From the NCBI GenBank assembly GCA_028287085.1, contig JAQBQI010000496.1, positions 1-42,784 of the forward strand: 42,784 bases of DNA, in the 5' to 3' direction. The notes under the pieces are model-generated. The model did no database searches. It saw nothing but the letters and a program-made list of their open reading frames with translations, and was not told the origin of the DNA. Both the position numbers and the translations under genes were made by a program. Shown here one piece after another: positions 9,790 to 18,879 of this stretch (positions are counted from its first letter, which is position 1; each line of letters begins with the position of its first letter). Source of the stretch: Myxococcaceae bacterium. Its GTDB lineage: Bacteria > Myxococcota_A > Polyangia > Polyangiales > Ga0077539.

Positions 9790-10335
9790 ACCGAGCGGCG
9801 CCGACGGCGTTGTCGGAGCGCGGCCGGGGCGGGACTTCATGCGGCCAGAGTCCGGGTGGGGCGACTGCGCGGCCGGGTCAGCGCGGCTCGCCAAGCCGGC
9901 GCATGCAGCGGAATCCGATGCACGGGGAGCCGGGCGTCAGCGTGGACGTGCGGTTGTTCGGGGGCACAATCCGGCGCGAGCGCAAGTGACGCGCACCGCC
10001 GGGTCGAGGGTGCACGGCGCCGTCCCCCAGGGCCCGCGATTCATCCTCACAGACGCGCGCTCGGCCGGGCTGGTGAGGCGCCCCTGCAAGGTCACGTCGC
10101 CGCTGGCTTCGGGGACAGGCGACGCGGCGTCGAGGTCGACGTGGCGCGGGATCATCGCGAAATGGTCGCCCGCGCGAAGGTTCCGCCGAGATCGATCAGC
10201 ACGGGGAGCTGTCGGACCGTGTCGTCGATCGACCGCGTGACCGCGGGGATCACCTGGGCAGCACGTCGACGTCTCGAGCCCACCACGGGGGAGCTCGCGG
10301 CGGCCGCATGACTTACTCTCAACACGAACCGCGAA

Positions 10336-10374
10336 GTGTCGGCCAAGGTGGGTCAGTTTAGGTGGCCAAGGACA
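10336..10374. mobile_element. IS21-family-like terminal inverted-repeat remnant
   Basis: Reverse complement TGTCCTTGGCCACCTAAACTGACCCACCTTGGCCGAC: TGTC end, AAACTGACCC motif, internal repeat of CCTTGGCC. Confidence 0.55.
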
Positions 10375-10419
10375 ACCTGGCCACGAACTCAGCGGGCAAC
10401 CACGCACCGCCTGGGTGCG

Positions 10420-13400
10420 TCACTCATCCGGAAAGCGCTGCGGGTCGTCGTCGAGGACGGTCGCGTCGAACAGGACCCCGCGCACGCGCCTCACGCTCGC
10501 GACGCGCTCCCTCGGTACGACGATCGGCTCGTGCGGCTCGACGGGGTTCGGGCTGACCAGGACCACCTGGTCCTTGTTGACGAAGACCCGCTTGATGACG
10601 TTGCCCACGTGGGCCTCGGTCGTCTCGACGACAAACAGTCCCCCGCGCGGCAAGGCATCGAGCCTCTCCTCGGCGCTTCCCACGAGAACGACCTGACCGT
10701 CCCTCGCGATCGGCTCCATGCTCGATCCCCTGATCCGGATGCCCTCCCCGTCCGCGACCAAGGTGTCCTTGAACGCTCCGTGGGGGCTCCACTCTCGCGA
10801 AGGGTCCCGGACGTCCAGTTGCCGATGCCCCAGGGGCTGAGCGACCACCCCAAGGACCTTCCGGATCGCGCAGTCCTCGCGGGGTACCATCACCGCCCGC
10901 GCGCTCGAGAGCGGATTGATGGCCTCGAGCAGCCACTGGTCGCCCGAGGACCAGACCCGGCGCAGATAGCAGTTCTTCGCGCGGTCATAGACCGCCGCCA
11001 AGTCGCCATCCCCGACCTCCACATCCTCATCCGCGACGAGGGCCCAGTCCCCCCGGTCGGCGACGGGCAGCAACGCGTCAGTGCCGACGAGCACCGCCTC
11101 CCGGGAGCGGAACTCGGCCGCTTCCGTAGGCGTCCCGAAGTCCACCACGAGGCCGTGCGTCTGCGCCGCCGCCGTGCCGACCAGTCGGAACCGGAGGCGG
11201 TCGGGCGCCCCGTCCGGCTTCTTCGCGGCGGGAAAGTGCAGCGGAGGGGCGGGCGCTCTCGGGCGGGGGTCGGGCGCTATGGCAGGCGGGGCCGCGCTGT
11301 GAGCCGCCCGGCGAAGTTCGCGCCCATGGCGCCGCAGGCGCTCGACCTCGTTGCGGAACGTCACGTCGAGTTCCTTCAGATGCGCCAGGCATTTCCGTGC
11401 GTCGTGCGGGCTCACGTCCGCCTCCGTGGGCCCGTGGGATCCGGGGTCGAGAACCACGGTGACGTCCTTGTGTTGCAGCCCGTGCGCGATCGTCTCCTGG
11501 TGCTTGTGCGCGAGCGGGTGGGGCTTCGCGAACGTCGAGTAGGCCCTTAGCGACTCGCTGAGCTGCTTCTGGTTGAAGAACGGCGTCGGGCTGTGAGAGT
11601 CGAGCACGACCAGGAGGTCCTCGCGGTACTTCCGCATCTCGTTCGCGGCGGCCTGCCACGTTCCTTCGAGCAACGCCTCCGCTCGCTTCAGCCGGTCCCC
11701 GTCGCGGAAGGTCATTGTGAAGCCCGGCCGGCGGGGGTTGATTTCCAGCACCCTGCCGACGTGGAAGTCGCTGCGGCAGCGATTCAGGTAATGCAACTGG
11801 TGGGTCGCCACGATGAACTGGGTGGTCTCCAGCGCCGGCTGCAGGAGGTGGTTCGACCACTCCCTCCGGTTGTCCTCGTCGAGCGAGAGGATCGGGTCGT
11901 CCATGAGGACGAACCCGAGGCCGTGGGGGTGCTTGGCGAGGATCGCGAAGTAGAACGCGAGTGCGAGTGCGCGGAGCTGGCCGGTGTTAGAGAAGTGCTG
12001 CCCGGCGACTTCGAAGCGTCCCGTCTTCAGGATCGCCTCAACCGACCGGTCCTTCCTGCCGATCTCGATCCGGCTCGGCGAGAGGTGGGTGTTCGGGGAA
12101 AAGTAGAGCGTCCCGAAGTGGGCGATGGTGGTCGCCTCGATCTCGCCGAAGGCCTTGGTGACCACCGCGTTTGCGTAGTCCCTCAGGGGCTTGATCTCGC
12201 TCAGCGCCGCCTTCATCTCGTCGATGGCCGCGACGCCCCGCTCGAGCTTCGCGAGCTCGCCCCGCTCCTTCACCGCCGCGACGAGCCCGGCGTGAACGGC
12301 GGAGACGGGCCGCGCGTCCTCGGCCGCGGTCCTCCCGCGCCCGAGCGTGATCAGCAGCGAGGGCTCTGCCGTTCCGTCGGTCGCTGTCACCAACTGCCGG
12401 AGGCGCGCCTCGATGTCCGGTAGGTGAGCCTCCGCCCAGCGCAGCAGCGAGACGCCCCGGCGTGCCCGATGGACGTGGGCGAGGAAGCCCGTCGCCGCGC
12501 CTGCGAAAGCGGCCCCGGCGCCCGCCGGCAGGAGCACGTCCTCCGCAAAGTCGACGGCCGGGAGTTCGCGGACGACGCCCGCGATGCCCTCGGCCGTCCG
12601 GGCCGTGACAGGCGCCAGGATCGGGTCGAAGCGGCGCAGCAATGCCGACCAGTCGGCGCGCAGCAATGCCCCGGGGTCCCGCTCTCCGTGGGCGAGGACG
12701 CTGGGGGGTGCGGCGTCGCCGAGCTCGGAGGTCAACGTCTGGAAGAACGCCGTCAGGCCCTCGCGGAGGTCGTCTGAGGCGCCCGCCAGCTGGGCCAGAT
12801 CCTGCGCCACGTCCAGTCCCCGGACCGACTGCTCGCAGACCGGACACTGCCCGTCCTCAGGGCGGTAGTAGCGGGCCACTTGAATGAGGAGCGGCTTGCG
12901 ACTCCCCGCCTTCGTCTCCTCGAGCCACCACGCATGCCGCTCGGCGATGCGCGCCCTCGCGCACCCGACGAACGCGTCGAGCGCGATCGCCAGCTGGTCG
13001 ATCGCGGTGGACGAGCTGACGCCGCCATCCGCTGGGACGACCGCGGCGGTCCGAAGCGCGGCGCACCCGCGGAAGACCTCCTCCCACGGCCCGTCGAGCA
13101 GCCTTACGGCGTCGACGAGGGCGTCGGCGAGACCGGTGGGCGCGGATCCCTCAGGGACATCGAGTCCGATGAGGGAGGCGAGCTGTCCGAGGGCGTCGGT
13201 CGATGCGGCCTCGGCCTGCCGTGCGAGCTCTTCCAACGCTTCGACCGTCGGCGCGTCGCCGAGCGCCAGCTGAGCCAGTCGCCCGCGCAGGGCGTGGCCC
13301 TCCCGCAAGCCCTCCTGCAGCCCGAGCAGGTGGGTGCGGCGCGCTTCGCGCTTCGCTTCCGCTTGGCGCTGCTCGTCCGTCGCCACCCGCGTCAGGTTGG

Positions 13401-14289
13401 GGGTCAGGCTCGCCGCGAGCGCGCCCACGTCATCGAGCCCCTCGAAGCCGAGGAGCATCGCGAGGAGATGCTGCACCCCCGTCGCTCCGCGCAGGCTCTT
13501 GTGGCTGAACATCGCGGCCGCGGAGAGGGACAGCTGGAGGTCGAGGGGGGTGATCCCGTGCGCGGCCAGCGAGGGGCACGGCCTCCAGCTCTCGCCGTCG
13601 GGGCTCTCCTCAAGCCCGCCGTGGTGGCGCCTGCGGAGGAAGAGTTCGTCCCCGCCGTCGGCGGCCAGTCGGAGCTGGGCCCAGCAGTCGGGCGCCACCG
13701 TCGCGGGGTCCTCTTCACCCGGCAGCGTATGGATGACCGGCCAGTCCCTCACCTTGGACGGGCCCGCCTCGCGGTCACCCCGCGCGTAGAGTGGGACCGC
13801 GGCGACCTCCTCCTCCCCGTCAGTGACGACCTTGCCGGTCAGAACCCACGCGATGGCGTTGAGCAGACTGCTCTTGCCGCTCCCATTGGTCCCGTAGAGC
13901 AGCGTGGGATGGCCGTCCAAGGACCACTCGAAGGGCACACCCAGGGGGGCGATCCCCCGGATCGATTGGCACGAGAGGCGGCGCACGCGCCACCGCCGGG
14001 GCGCCGGCCCGGGCGGCGTCTCATCCGGCGCCTCGAGAGGACGGGCCTTGGGGGTGCGGGGCGCTGCAGGCTCGGCCTCCTCGTTGGCGGCGATGTAGAA
14101 CTGCCGGGCCGTCCTGCCCTGCTCGGCGCCCTTCGACGCAAGCTCCTTGCGTCGAGTCCAAAGGACCGAAAGGAGGCGCCGGGCGTTGGGGCTCAGCGCC
14201 CCGACCTCCGCCAGGCCGCACGTTAGCTTCCGGCCGTTGTACAGGTCCATGATCGCGGCTTCGGCTGGATTCGATCGATCGGTCAGCAT
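10420..14289 (-). CDS. Rad50/RloC-like SMC ATPase with zinc hook, HEPN-like domain and two C-terminal S24 (LexA-type) peptidase domains
   Basis: Walker A GTNGSGKSS; CPVC hook within coiled coils; signature-like FSNTGQ; Walker B VLMDDP; H-loop ATH; AANEMRKYRE...PGSH; S24 motifs RIRGSSMEP and VIKRV. Start chosen at ATG 14289 (GGGGGT upstream); the ORF is open to 14478. Confidence 0.85.
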   Translation of the reverse strand: MLTDRSNPAEAAIMDLYNGRKLTCGLAEVGALSPNARRLLSVLWTRRKELASKGAEQGRTARQFYIAANEEAEPAAPRTPKARPLEAPDETPPGPAPRRWRVRRLSCQSIRGIAPLGVPFEWSLDGHPTLLYGTNGSGKSSLLNAIAWVLTGKVVTDGEEEVAAVPLYARGDREAGPSKVRDWPVIHTLPGEEDPATVAPDCWAQLRLAADGGDELFLRRRHHGGLEESPDGESWRPCPSLAAHGITPLDLQLSLSAAAMFSHKSLRGATGVQHLLAMLLGFEGLDDVGALAASLTPNLTRVATDEQRQAEAKREARRTHLLGLQEGLREGHALRGRLAQLALGDAPTVEALEELARQAEAASTDALGQLASLIGLDVPEGSAPTGLADALVDAVRLLDGPWEEVFRGCAALRTAAVVPADGGVSSSTAIDQLAIALDAFVGCARARIAERHAWWLEETKAGSRKPLLIQVARYYRPEDGQCPVCEQSVRGLDVAQDLAQLAGASDDLREGLTAFFQTLTSELGDAAPPSVLAHGERDPGALLRADWSALLRRFDPILAPVTARTAEGIAGVVRELPAVDFAEDVLLPAGAGAAFAGAATGFLAHVHRARRGVSLLRWAEAHLPDIEARLRQLVTATDGTAEPSLLITLGRGRTAAEDARPVSAVHAGLVAAVKERGELAKLERGVAAIDEMKAALSEIKPLRDYANAVVTKAFGEIEATTIAHFGTLYFSPNTHLSPSRIEIGRKDRSVEAILKTGRFEVAGQHFSNTGQLRALALAFYFAILAKHPHGLGFVLMDDPILSLDEDNRREWSNHLLQPALETTQFIVATHQLHYLNRCRSDFHVGRVLEINPRRPGFTMTFRDGDRLKRAEALLEGTWQAAANEMRKYREDLLVVLDSHSPTPFFNQKQLSESLRAYSTFAKPHPLAHKHQETIAHGLQHKDVTVVLDPGSHGPTEADVSPHDARKCLAHLKELDVTFRNEVERLRRHGRELRRAAHSAAPPAIAPDPRPRAPAPPLHFPAAKKPDGAPDRLRFRLVGTAAAQTHGLVVDFGTPTEAAEFRSREAVLVGTDALLPVADRGDWALVADEDVEVGDGDLAAVYDRAKNCYLRRVWSSGDQWLLEAINPLSSARAVMVPREDCAIRKVLGVVAQPLGHRQLDVRDPSREWSPHGAFKDTLVADGEGIRIRGSSMEPIARDGQVVLVGSAEERLDALPRGGLFVVETTEAHVGNVIKRVFVNKDQVVLVSPNPVEPHEPIVVPRERVASVRRVRGVLFDATVLDDDPQRFPDE

Positions 14290-14395
14290 GGTACCCCCAT
14301 GGCTCTCGGAGCCCATCGCCCCTCTACCCAATCGCGACGATCGTCGCAATCGAGCGCGCACGCCACGCCGCTCGGTCCGGCATCGCAGGCGCGGG

Positions 14396-14483
14396 TGAGG
14401 TTCCCCCGGTTTGGTGGGTCTCCCGCGCGTACTCCGCTTCACGCGAAGCGTGGGAGACCCTGCTTTTACGGTGGCCAAGGACA
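14396..14483. mobile_element. Concatenated IS termini: IS3-like end, 45-bp GGGTCTCCC...GGGAGACCC mini-element, IS21-like end
   Basis: TGAGGTTCCCCCGGTTTGG from 14396; terminal IR pair at 14416-14424 and 14452-14460; GGTGGCCAAGGACA at 14470-14483 identical to 10361-10374. Confidence 0.5.
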
Positions 14484-14758
14484 GGTGGCCCGGTGATCGG
14501 CGCCCTGAACTCCTTCGCGGTGCAGTTCACATCTTCGCGCCCGAGCCCCGGCTGCGCGCCTGCCGCGCCTGCCGCTACCTCGTCGAGACGGTCGACTCGC
14601 ACGGGATGTGCGACGAGTGCGCGGCGGCCGCCGACGCCGCCGAGCTCAACGCCTGGTGCGACGCGCTGCGCGAGGCGGCGATCGCCCACCCGCTCGCCGC
14701 CGAGGCCGAGATCTCGGCCAACTCAGCCGCTCCCGCACCGGAGCGCAGCGTGATGTAG
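14484..14758 (+). CDS. Small CxxC...CxxC zinc-ribbon-like hypothetical protein, probably 5'-truncated (start approximate)
   Basis: CRACRYLVETVDSHGMCDEC in ORF 14411-14758; the 5' part of the ORF runs through IS ends. Confidence 0.35.
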
Positions 14759-14809
14759 GCGGCCTGATACGGACCGCCGCTCCGTGGCCCCGAACGGCGA
14801 CACGGCGCC

Positions 14810-15382
14810 GTGTATGCTGGCGCCGTGGCCCCGCCCGCCCCGATCCAGTACGACCTTGTAGACCTCTTCGCCGACCAGCCCGAGTGGTTCGCGCGCGAGA
14901 CCGTGCCTCATCTTCTGGCCTGGCTGCGGGAACCGAAGGCCGCGGCGACGTTCAAGCTGGTGGGCGACGGGGCGACTGAGATGCGCCTCGAATTGCGCTG
15001 GTCGGCCGCGGCGCTCGCGGCTCGCCTTCCCGGGCTCGAGGAGGAGGTGCGCCGTCTCGCCGGTGGCGAGTCAGTGCGGCTCGAGCAGACGCCGCAATAC
15101 GGCGCGTACGCCCTCGCCGGGGTCGTCGCAGCGACCGTGCTGCGCCGTCGCGTCGTAGCGCTGCGTTCATGGCTGCCGCCGGACCTGCTGTTCGACACCG
15201 CCCCGGGCGCGCTGCGCGGGATCGAGGTGGCCGGGCGATCATCGAAGGGGCTGTCGGGCCTGCGCGCGCTGGCCGTGTCGAAGTCGGCCGACTTGATCCG
15301 GTCCCCCGACGTCGCTGAGGGGTGGCTCTCGCTCTGGTGTACGATCCCTCGCGTGTCGATGCTGCTGAAGGTGATGGCGTGA
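14810..15382 (+). CDS. Hypothetical protein with a PD-(D/E)xK-nuclease-like motif
   Basis: PPDLLFD...RGIEVAGRS; stop overlaps the next start (GTGA 15379-15382). Confidence 0.65.
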   Translation: MYAGAVAPPAPIQYDLVDLFADQPEWFARETVPHLLAWLREPKAAATFKLVGDGATEMRLELRWSAAALAARLPGLEEEVRRLAGGESVRLEQTPQYGAYALAGVVAATVLRRRVVALRSWLPPDLLFDTAPGALRGIEVAGRSSKGLSGLRALAVSKSADLIRSPDVAEGWLSLWCTIPRVSMLLKVMA

Positions 15383-16404
15383 ACGCGCTCTACGACGCGC
15401 TGCAGGGCCAGACGAGCGCGATGAGGTTGAGCGCCCCGCGGCTGCGCGCGGCGGGCGGCGACGGCCCGATCGAGGCGGCGGTGGTGCTGCACGAGGTCGA
15501 GCGGATGGAAGCGCGCGCCCTCGCCTCTCTCGGCCCCGTCGACGGGATGACGCGGCTCCGCTCTGCCGTCGAGCGGTGCGGGCTACTCGTCGAGGCGCGC
15601 AATCCTACGACCGTGCTTCACGACCTCTGGCCGGAGGTGTGGGTGGCCGCCGAGGGCGCGCCCGCTGCCGCCGTCGAGGCGTCGCTCAGGCGGCTCCGTC
15701 CTGCCGTCGAGGCGCTCCACGCAGAATCACGGGCGGTGATCGCCCGACATCCCGCGCTCGCGCGCTCCGCTCGCAGTTCGCTGCTCAGCGGCAAGGCGGC
15801 CCTGATCAAGACGTACGCGGCTCTGGGCTCATACCTTGAGGCGTTCCCGGGGGACTGGAGCGGATGGCAGTTCGCCGCGCAGAGCGCCCACGTCCTGCGT
15901 CGCATGGGCGAGGCCTGGCGCGCGGTGCGATTCGCGCGCCGGTTCGCCCCCGACGACGTGGGCGGCTGGTCGCTCGAGGTGAACATCGCGACAGACGTTC
16001 TCCCTCCCGAGGAACTCGGTCCGTGGCTCGACAGGGCGGCGGCCGAGCTCTACCGGGGCGCCGGCAACGCCGACGTCGCCCTCGCGATCGCCGGCGGATA
16101 CGCGATGCTGTCGCGCGACTCGATGCACTCGCACGTCCAACGAATGGAACTCCTGGCGCGGGCCGACGCGGCCGCCGCGCGGAGCGAGGCGATGCTCCGC
16201 GCCGCCCCCGACGCCGAGCTACGCCGCTACGTCCGCGGAATGCAGATGGCGATCCGAGAGCTGCGCGCCGGGCGCGAGCCGACCGACGCGATTCTGGATC
16301 GCGCTGGACTCCCGGAACTGCACGAAATCTTGGACCGCCATCAACACGACGCCGTGGCGGCACTTCGCGGACGAGCCGCGGAGATCCGCGCGCTGGCGGC
16401 ATAG
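15379..16404 (+). CDS. Alpha-helical (TPR-like) hypothetical protein
   Basis: GTG 15379 coupled to the upstream stop; Ala/Leu-rich helical repeats, e.g. YLEAFPGDWSGWQFAAQSAHVLRRMGEAWRAVRFARRFAPDD. Confidence 0.7.
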   Translation: MNALYDALQGQTSAMRLSAPRLRAAGGDGPIEAAVVLHEVERMEARALASLGPVDGMTRLRSAVERCGLLVEARNPTTVLHDLWPEVWVAAEGAPAAAVEASLRRLRPAVEALHAESRAVIARHPALARSARSSLLSGKAALIKTYAALGSYLEAFPGDWSGWQFAAQSAHVLRRMGEAWRAVRFARRFAPDDVGGWSLEVNIATDVLPPEELGPWLDRAAAELYRGAGNADVALAIAGGYAMLSRDSMHSHVQRMELLARADAAAARSEAMLRAAPDAELRRYVRGMQMAIRELRAGREPTDAILDRAGLPELHEILDRHQHDAVAALRGRAAEIRALAA

Positions 16405-17137
16405 TTTCGCCGCGCAGCCGACCGGAGGCGGGGGCGGTACCGGCGGCCGGGCGACACCGGGCAGGGGTAGCGCCGGCCGCCGCGCGCGGCCGCTCGGGCT
16501 GTCCTTGGCCTGCTCGTCGAAGAACTCCTGGATCCGGGTCGAGGGTCGATCCCCGCGTGGGCGGGGGAGCCTGCTCGGCGTCGGCGAAGTGCCGGGTCAC
16601 CAGGGGTCCGATAGCGTCGACTATCGCCGAGTGACAGAACGCCCATGCTGCGAAGTTCGGGCAGCTCTCCCTCCCCAACTGCGCCCCGGCGAGCGGTCTC
16701 GACGCCGTGCTCGAGGGCTCCATCCTGACCGCCAACGCCCCCGCCCGCCCCGTCCCACCCGCCGAGGTGAGGGAGCTGGGCGGGTCGGACCGCCCAGCGC
16801 CACTGCGAGGCACTGGAGCGCTGGGTGAGGTCCGCGTTGGTGACGAGCAGCTGCGCGGGCTGCTTCGCACGAGGCCGGTGTGCGGGTCGAGGGCCGCCGG
16901 ACGCTCGGCGTCGTCGGGTGGGGTGGGGGCGAGCGGGGGGCGGGTGGAGCGGTGCACCCTCCGCTCTAATGCACTACTTGAACGCGCGTACAGTTCGCAG
17001 GTGTGAGGGTGGCAATGGGTTGCTGGGATGACGAAGGTTACGAGAGGAGGACCCCATCCGGATGCCAGTCCATCGACGCTCCATAATGGAGTGACAAAGG
17101 GCTTGACGAAGGAGTGTCGACGGCCTAAAGACAGTCC

Positions 17138-17241
17138 ACTCCCGACCCGCCGCCACCGTGCAGCGACAGAAGGAGGCCCGACGGCGATTGTTCGCCGTCG
17201 GGCCTCCTTCTGTCGCTGCACGGTGGCGGCGGATCGGGAGT
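17138..17241. repeat. Long palindrome: 50-bp arms (41 bp perfect, one mismatch overall) and a 4-nt loop
   Basis: 17147-17187 is the exact reverse complement of 17192-17232; loop TTGT; after a C/A mismatch, ACTCCCGA pairs with TCGGGAGT. Confidence 0.95.
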
Positions 17242-17334
17242 CTGCCGGGCGTCGGCGACGGAGTCGCAACTTGTCGCTGAACCCCGGACAAACCCCAGCG
17301 GCGATGCCGCCAAACGACGAACGAGGGACGAAGC

Positions 17335-17652
17335 ATGCAACGCAACGATCGGCCAGAGGCCTTGGATACCGGACAGCCAGCACCTAAGAGTGCGCGCTCG
17401 CGCGCAAAGCTCCAAGTCGCTTCCGGCGACGAGCCGAAGAACGGACGCACGAGGCTCCAGATCGAGGCCACTGAGGCCACTCAGGAGACTCTCGCACGAC
17501 TCGTCCGCGAGACTCGACTCGGGAGTTCCGCGCAGGTGGTGCGCGTCGCCGTCCAACTCATGGACGAACTCCTCCGCGATCAGCGGAACGGCGCGTCGCT
17601 ACTCATCGTGAAAGACGGCCAGCAGCCCGAGCGGCTGCGGCTGGTCTTCTAG
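17335..17652 (+). CDS. Ribbon-helix-helix (CopG-like) DNA-binding protein
   Basis: RTRLQIEATEATQETLARLVRETRLGSSAQVVRVAVQLMDEL has a beta-alpha-alpha pattern; GAGGGA RBS. Confidence 0.7.
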   Translation: MQRNDRPEALDTGQPAPKSARSRAKLQVASGDEPKNGRTRLQIEATEATQETLARLVRETRLGSSAQVVRVAVQLMDELLRDQRNGASLLIVKDGQQPERLRLVF

Positions 17653-17754
17653 TCTCGACAGGGCCCACTTCCGGGTCTTTCGCGGTGTGCCCGGTGGAAT
17701 GCCAGCCGACGCAGGGCAGCTTCTCGGATCGGTGAGCAATAAGGATACGAGCCA

Positions 17755-18207
17755 ATGGCCAAGTCACAGGAGTCTCAATCATCAACTAAAGCATCGCCCG
17801 CCTACGCCTTCGCCCCGGCCACTGCCGGTGTGCTGCCGTCCTCGCCCCCGCCGACGCCTCCGGCGCACGGGGAAGAACTCACCGACCTTTCGGACCTCGA
17901 CACCCAGATGGGCGTATTCCTGCAGCGCGAGCCCCCGCCGCCCGACGTGCTCAAGGTGGCGTTGCCCGAGCTGCTCGAGATGGTCGAACCGCGGGAGCGC
18001 GCTCGCTTGGTGAGCAGCTACCTCGACCACGCCTCGAACTTCGAGACGTACCGCCTCTGGTTCGGCGGCGTGGCCCTCGTCATCCTCGCGGCCGTCACGC
18101 TCGTGGCGCTCGCGTCCGGCGCCGCCATTATCGCCGGCTCCGCGCTCACGGCCTGCGCCGGCCTTGTGGGAGCGATCTTGTACACCCGGCTGGGACGCCA
18201 CCGATAG
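17755..18207 (+). CDS. Membrane protein with two C-terminal TM helices
   Basis: 150 aa; TAAGGA RBS; LWFGGVALVILAAVTLVALA and IIAGSALTACAGLVGAILY. Confidence 0.75.
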   Translation: MAKSQESQSSTKASPAYAFAPATAGVLPSSPPPTPPAHGEELTDLSDLDTQMGVFLQREPPPPDVLKVALPELLEMVEPRERARLVSSYLDHASNFETYRLWFGGVALVILAAVTLVALASGAAIIAGSALTACAGLVGAILYTRLGRHR

Positions 18208-18219
18208 CGCTCGACGACG

Positions 18220-18265
18220 CCCCGACCCAGATGCCGCATCGTGCGATGCGGCATCTGGGTCGGGG
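18220..18265. repeat. Perfect 22-bp inverted repeat (terminator-like or REP-like)
   Basis: CCCCGACCCAGATGCCGCATCG-TG-CGATGCGGCATCTGGGTCGGGG, 12 bp after the membrane-gene stop; no U-tract. Confidence 0.9.
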
Positions 18266-18321
18266 GCTACGTCCACCTCCAGTGAAGCTGCCAACAATCA
18301 ACCGCACTGCGACACCCATCA

Positions 18322-18460
18322 TCAACCGCGGCCCCGCTCGTCGAGCCACCGGTTGACCGCCTCCTCGAAGACCGCGGACACCTTGCGGCCGTCCTGCGCG
18401 CAGGCGCGCGGCAGGTCCTCGGAGACGAGCGGGTCGAGGTACCAGACTCCGACGCTCGCG
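18322..18460 (-). pseudogene. Possible RHH-like small protein remnant
   Basis: VGVWYLDPLVSEDLPRACAQDGRKVSAVFEEAVNRWLDERG resembles an RHH; no clear start. Confidence 0.3.
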
Positions 18461-18879
18461 GTGTCGACCTGCGACGGGCAGATCGGGCCGATCGTCACGG
18501 AGGGGCTTGGCGGCGGGTTGGAGCTGCAGGGGAGAGGACGAGGGGAGCGAGAGCAGGAAACGCAGCGAAAGCCGCCTACGATTGCGACGAGTTCGCCGAA
18601 CCCGGGTCGGGCGCCGGCGGGGCGATGTTGGCGTTGGCGACCGTGGGGCCCGCGCGAACGAGCTGCCCCGACGCGTCGACCTCGAGCGCCTCGAGCGATA
18701 TCTCCCACAGCGCTCCGACGGGTCGCAGGACACGATGCCGCCCTACGCAGCTCGACGGCCCCCGACGATGCAACGGCCGTCGCACAGGCGATCCGCAGCG
18801 GTTGCAGAGGGGGATATCCGCGAAATTCGCGATTCCCATGCTGCGGCGTCGAACTCCCAGCGAGCTCGGCCTTCAGCGC

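Noticed and set aside
10420-14289. Ordinary SbcC/RecN repair protein or Wadjet/Lamassu SMC subunit
   Set aside because: No SbcD, JetABD or LmuA/C partner nearby, and the extra HEPN-like and S24 domains do not fit those families
15806-17383. 525-aa minus-strand ORF
   Set aside because: Low-complexity translation that overlaps the TPR-like gene and reads through the palindrome; no recognisable domain
17138-18265. Integron attC sites / gene cassette array
   Set aside because: The palindromes lack RYYYAAC...GTTRRRY ends and extrahelical bases, and no IntI-type integrase is present (the tyrosine recombinase remnant is Cre-like)
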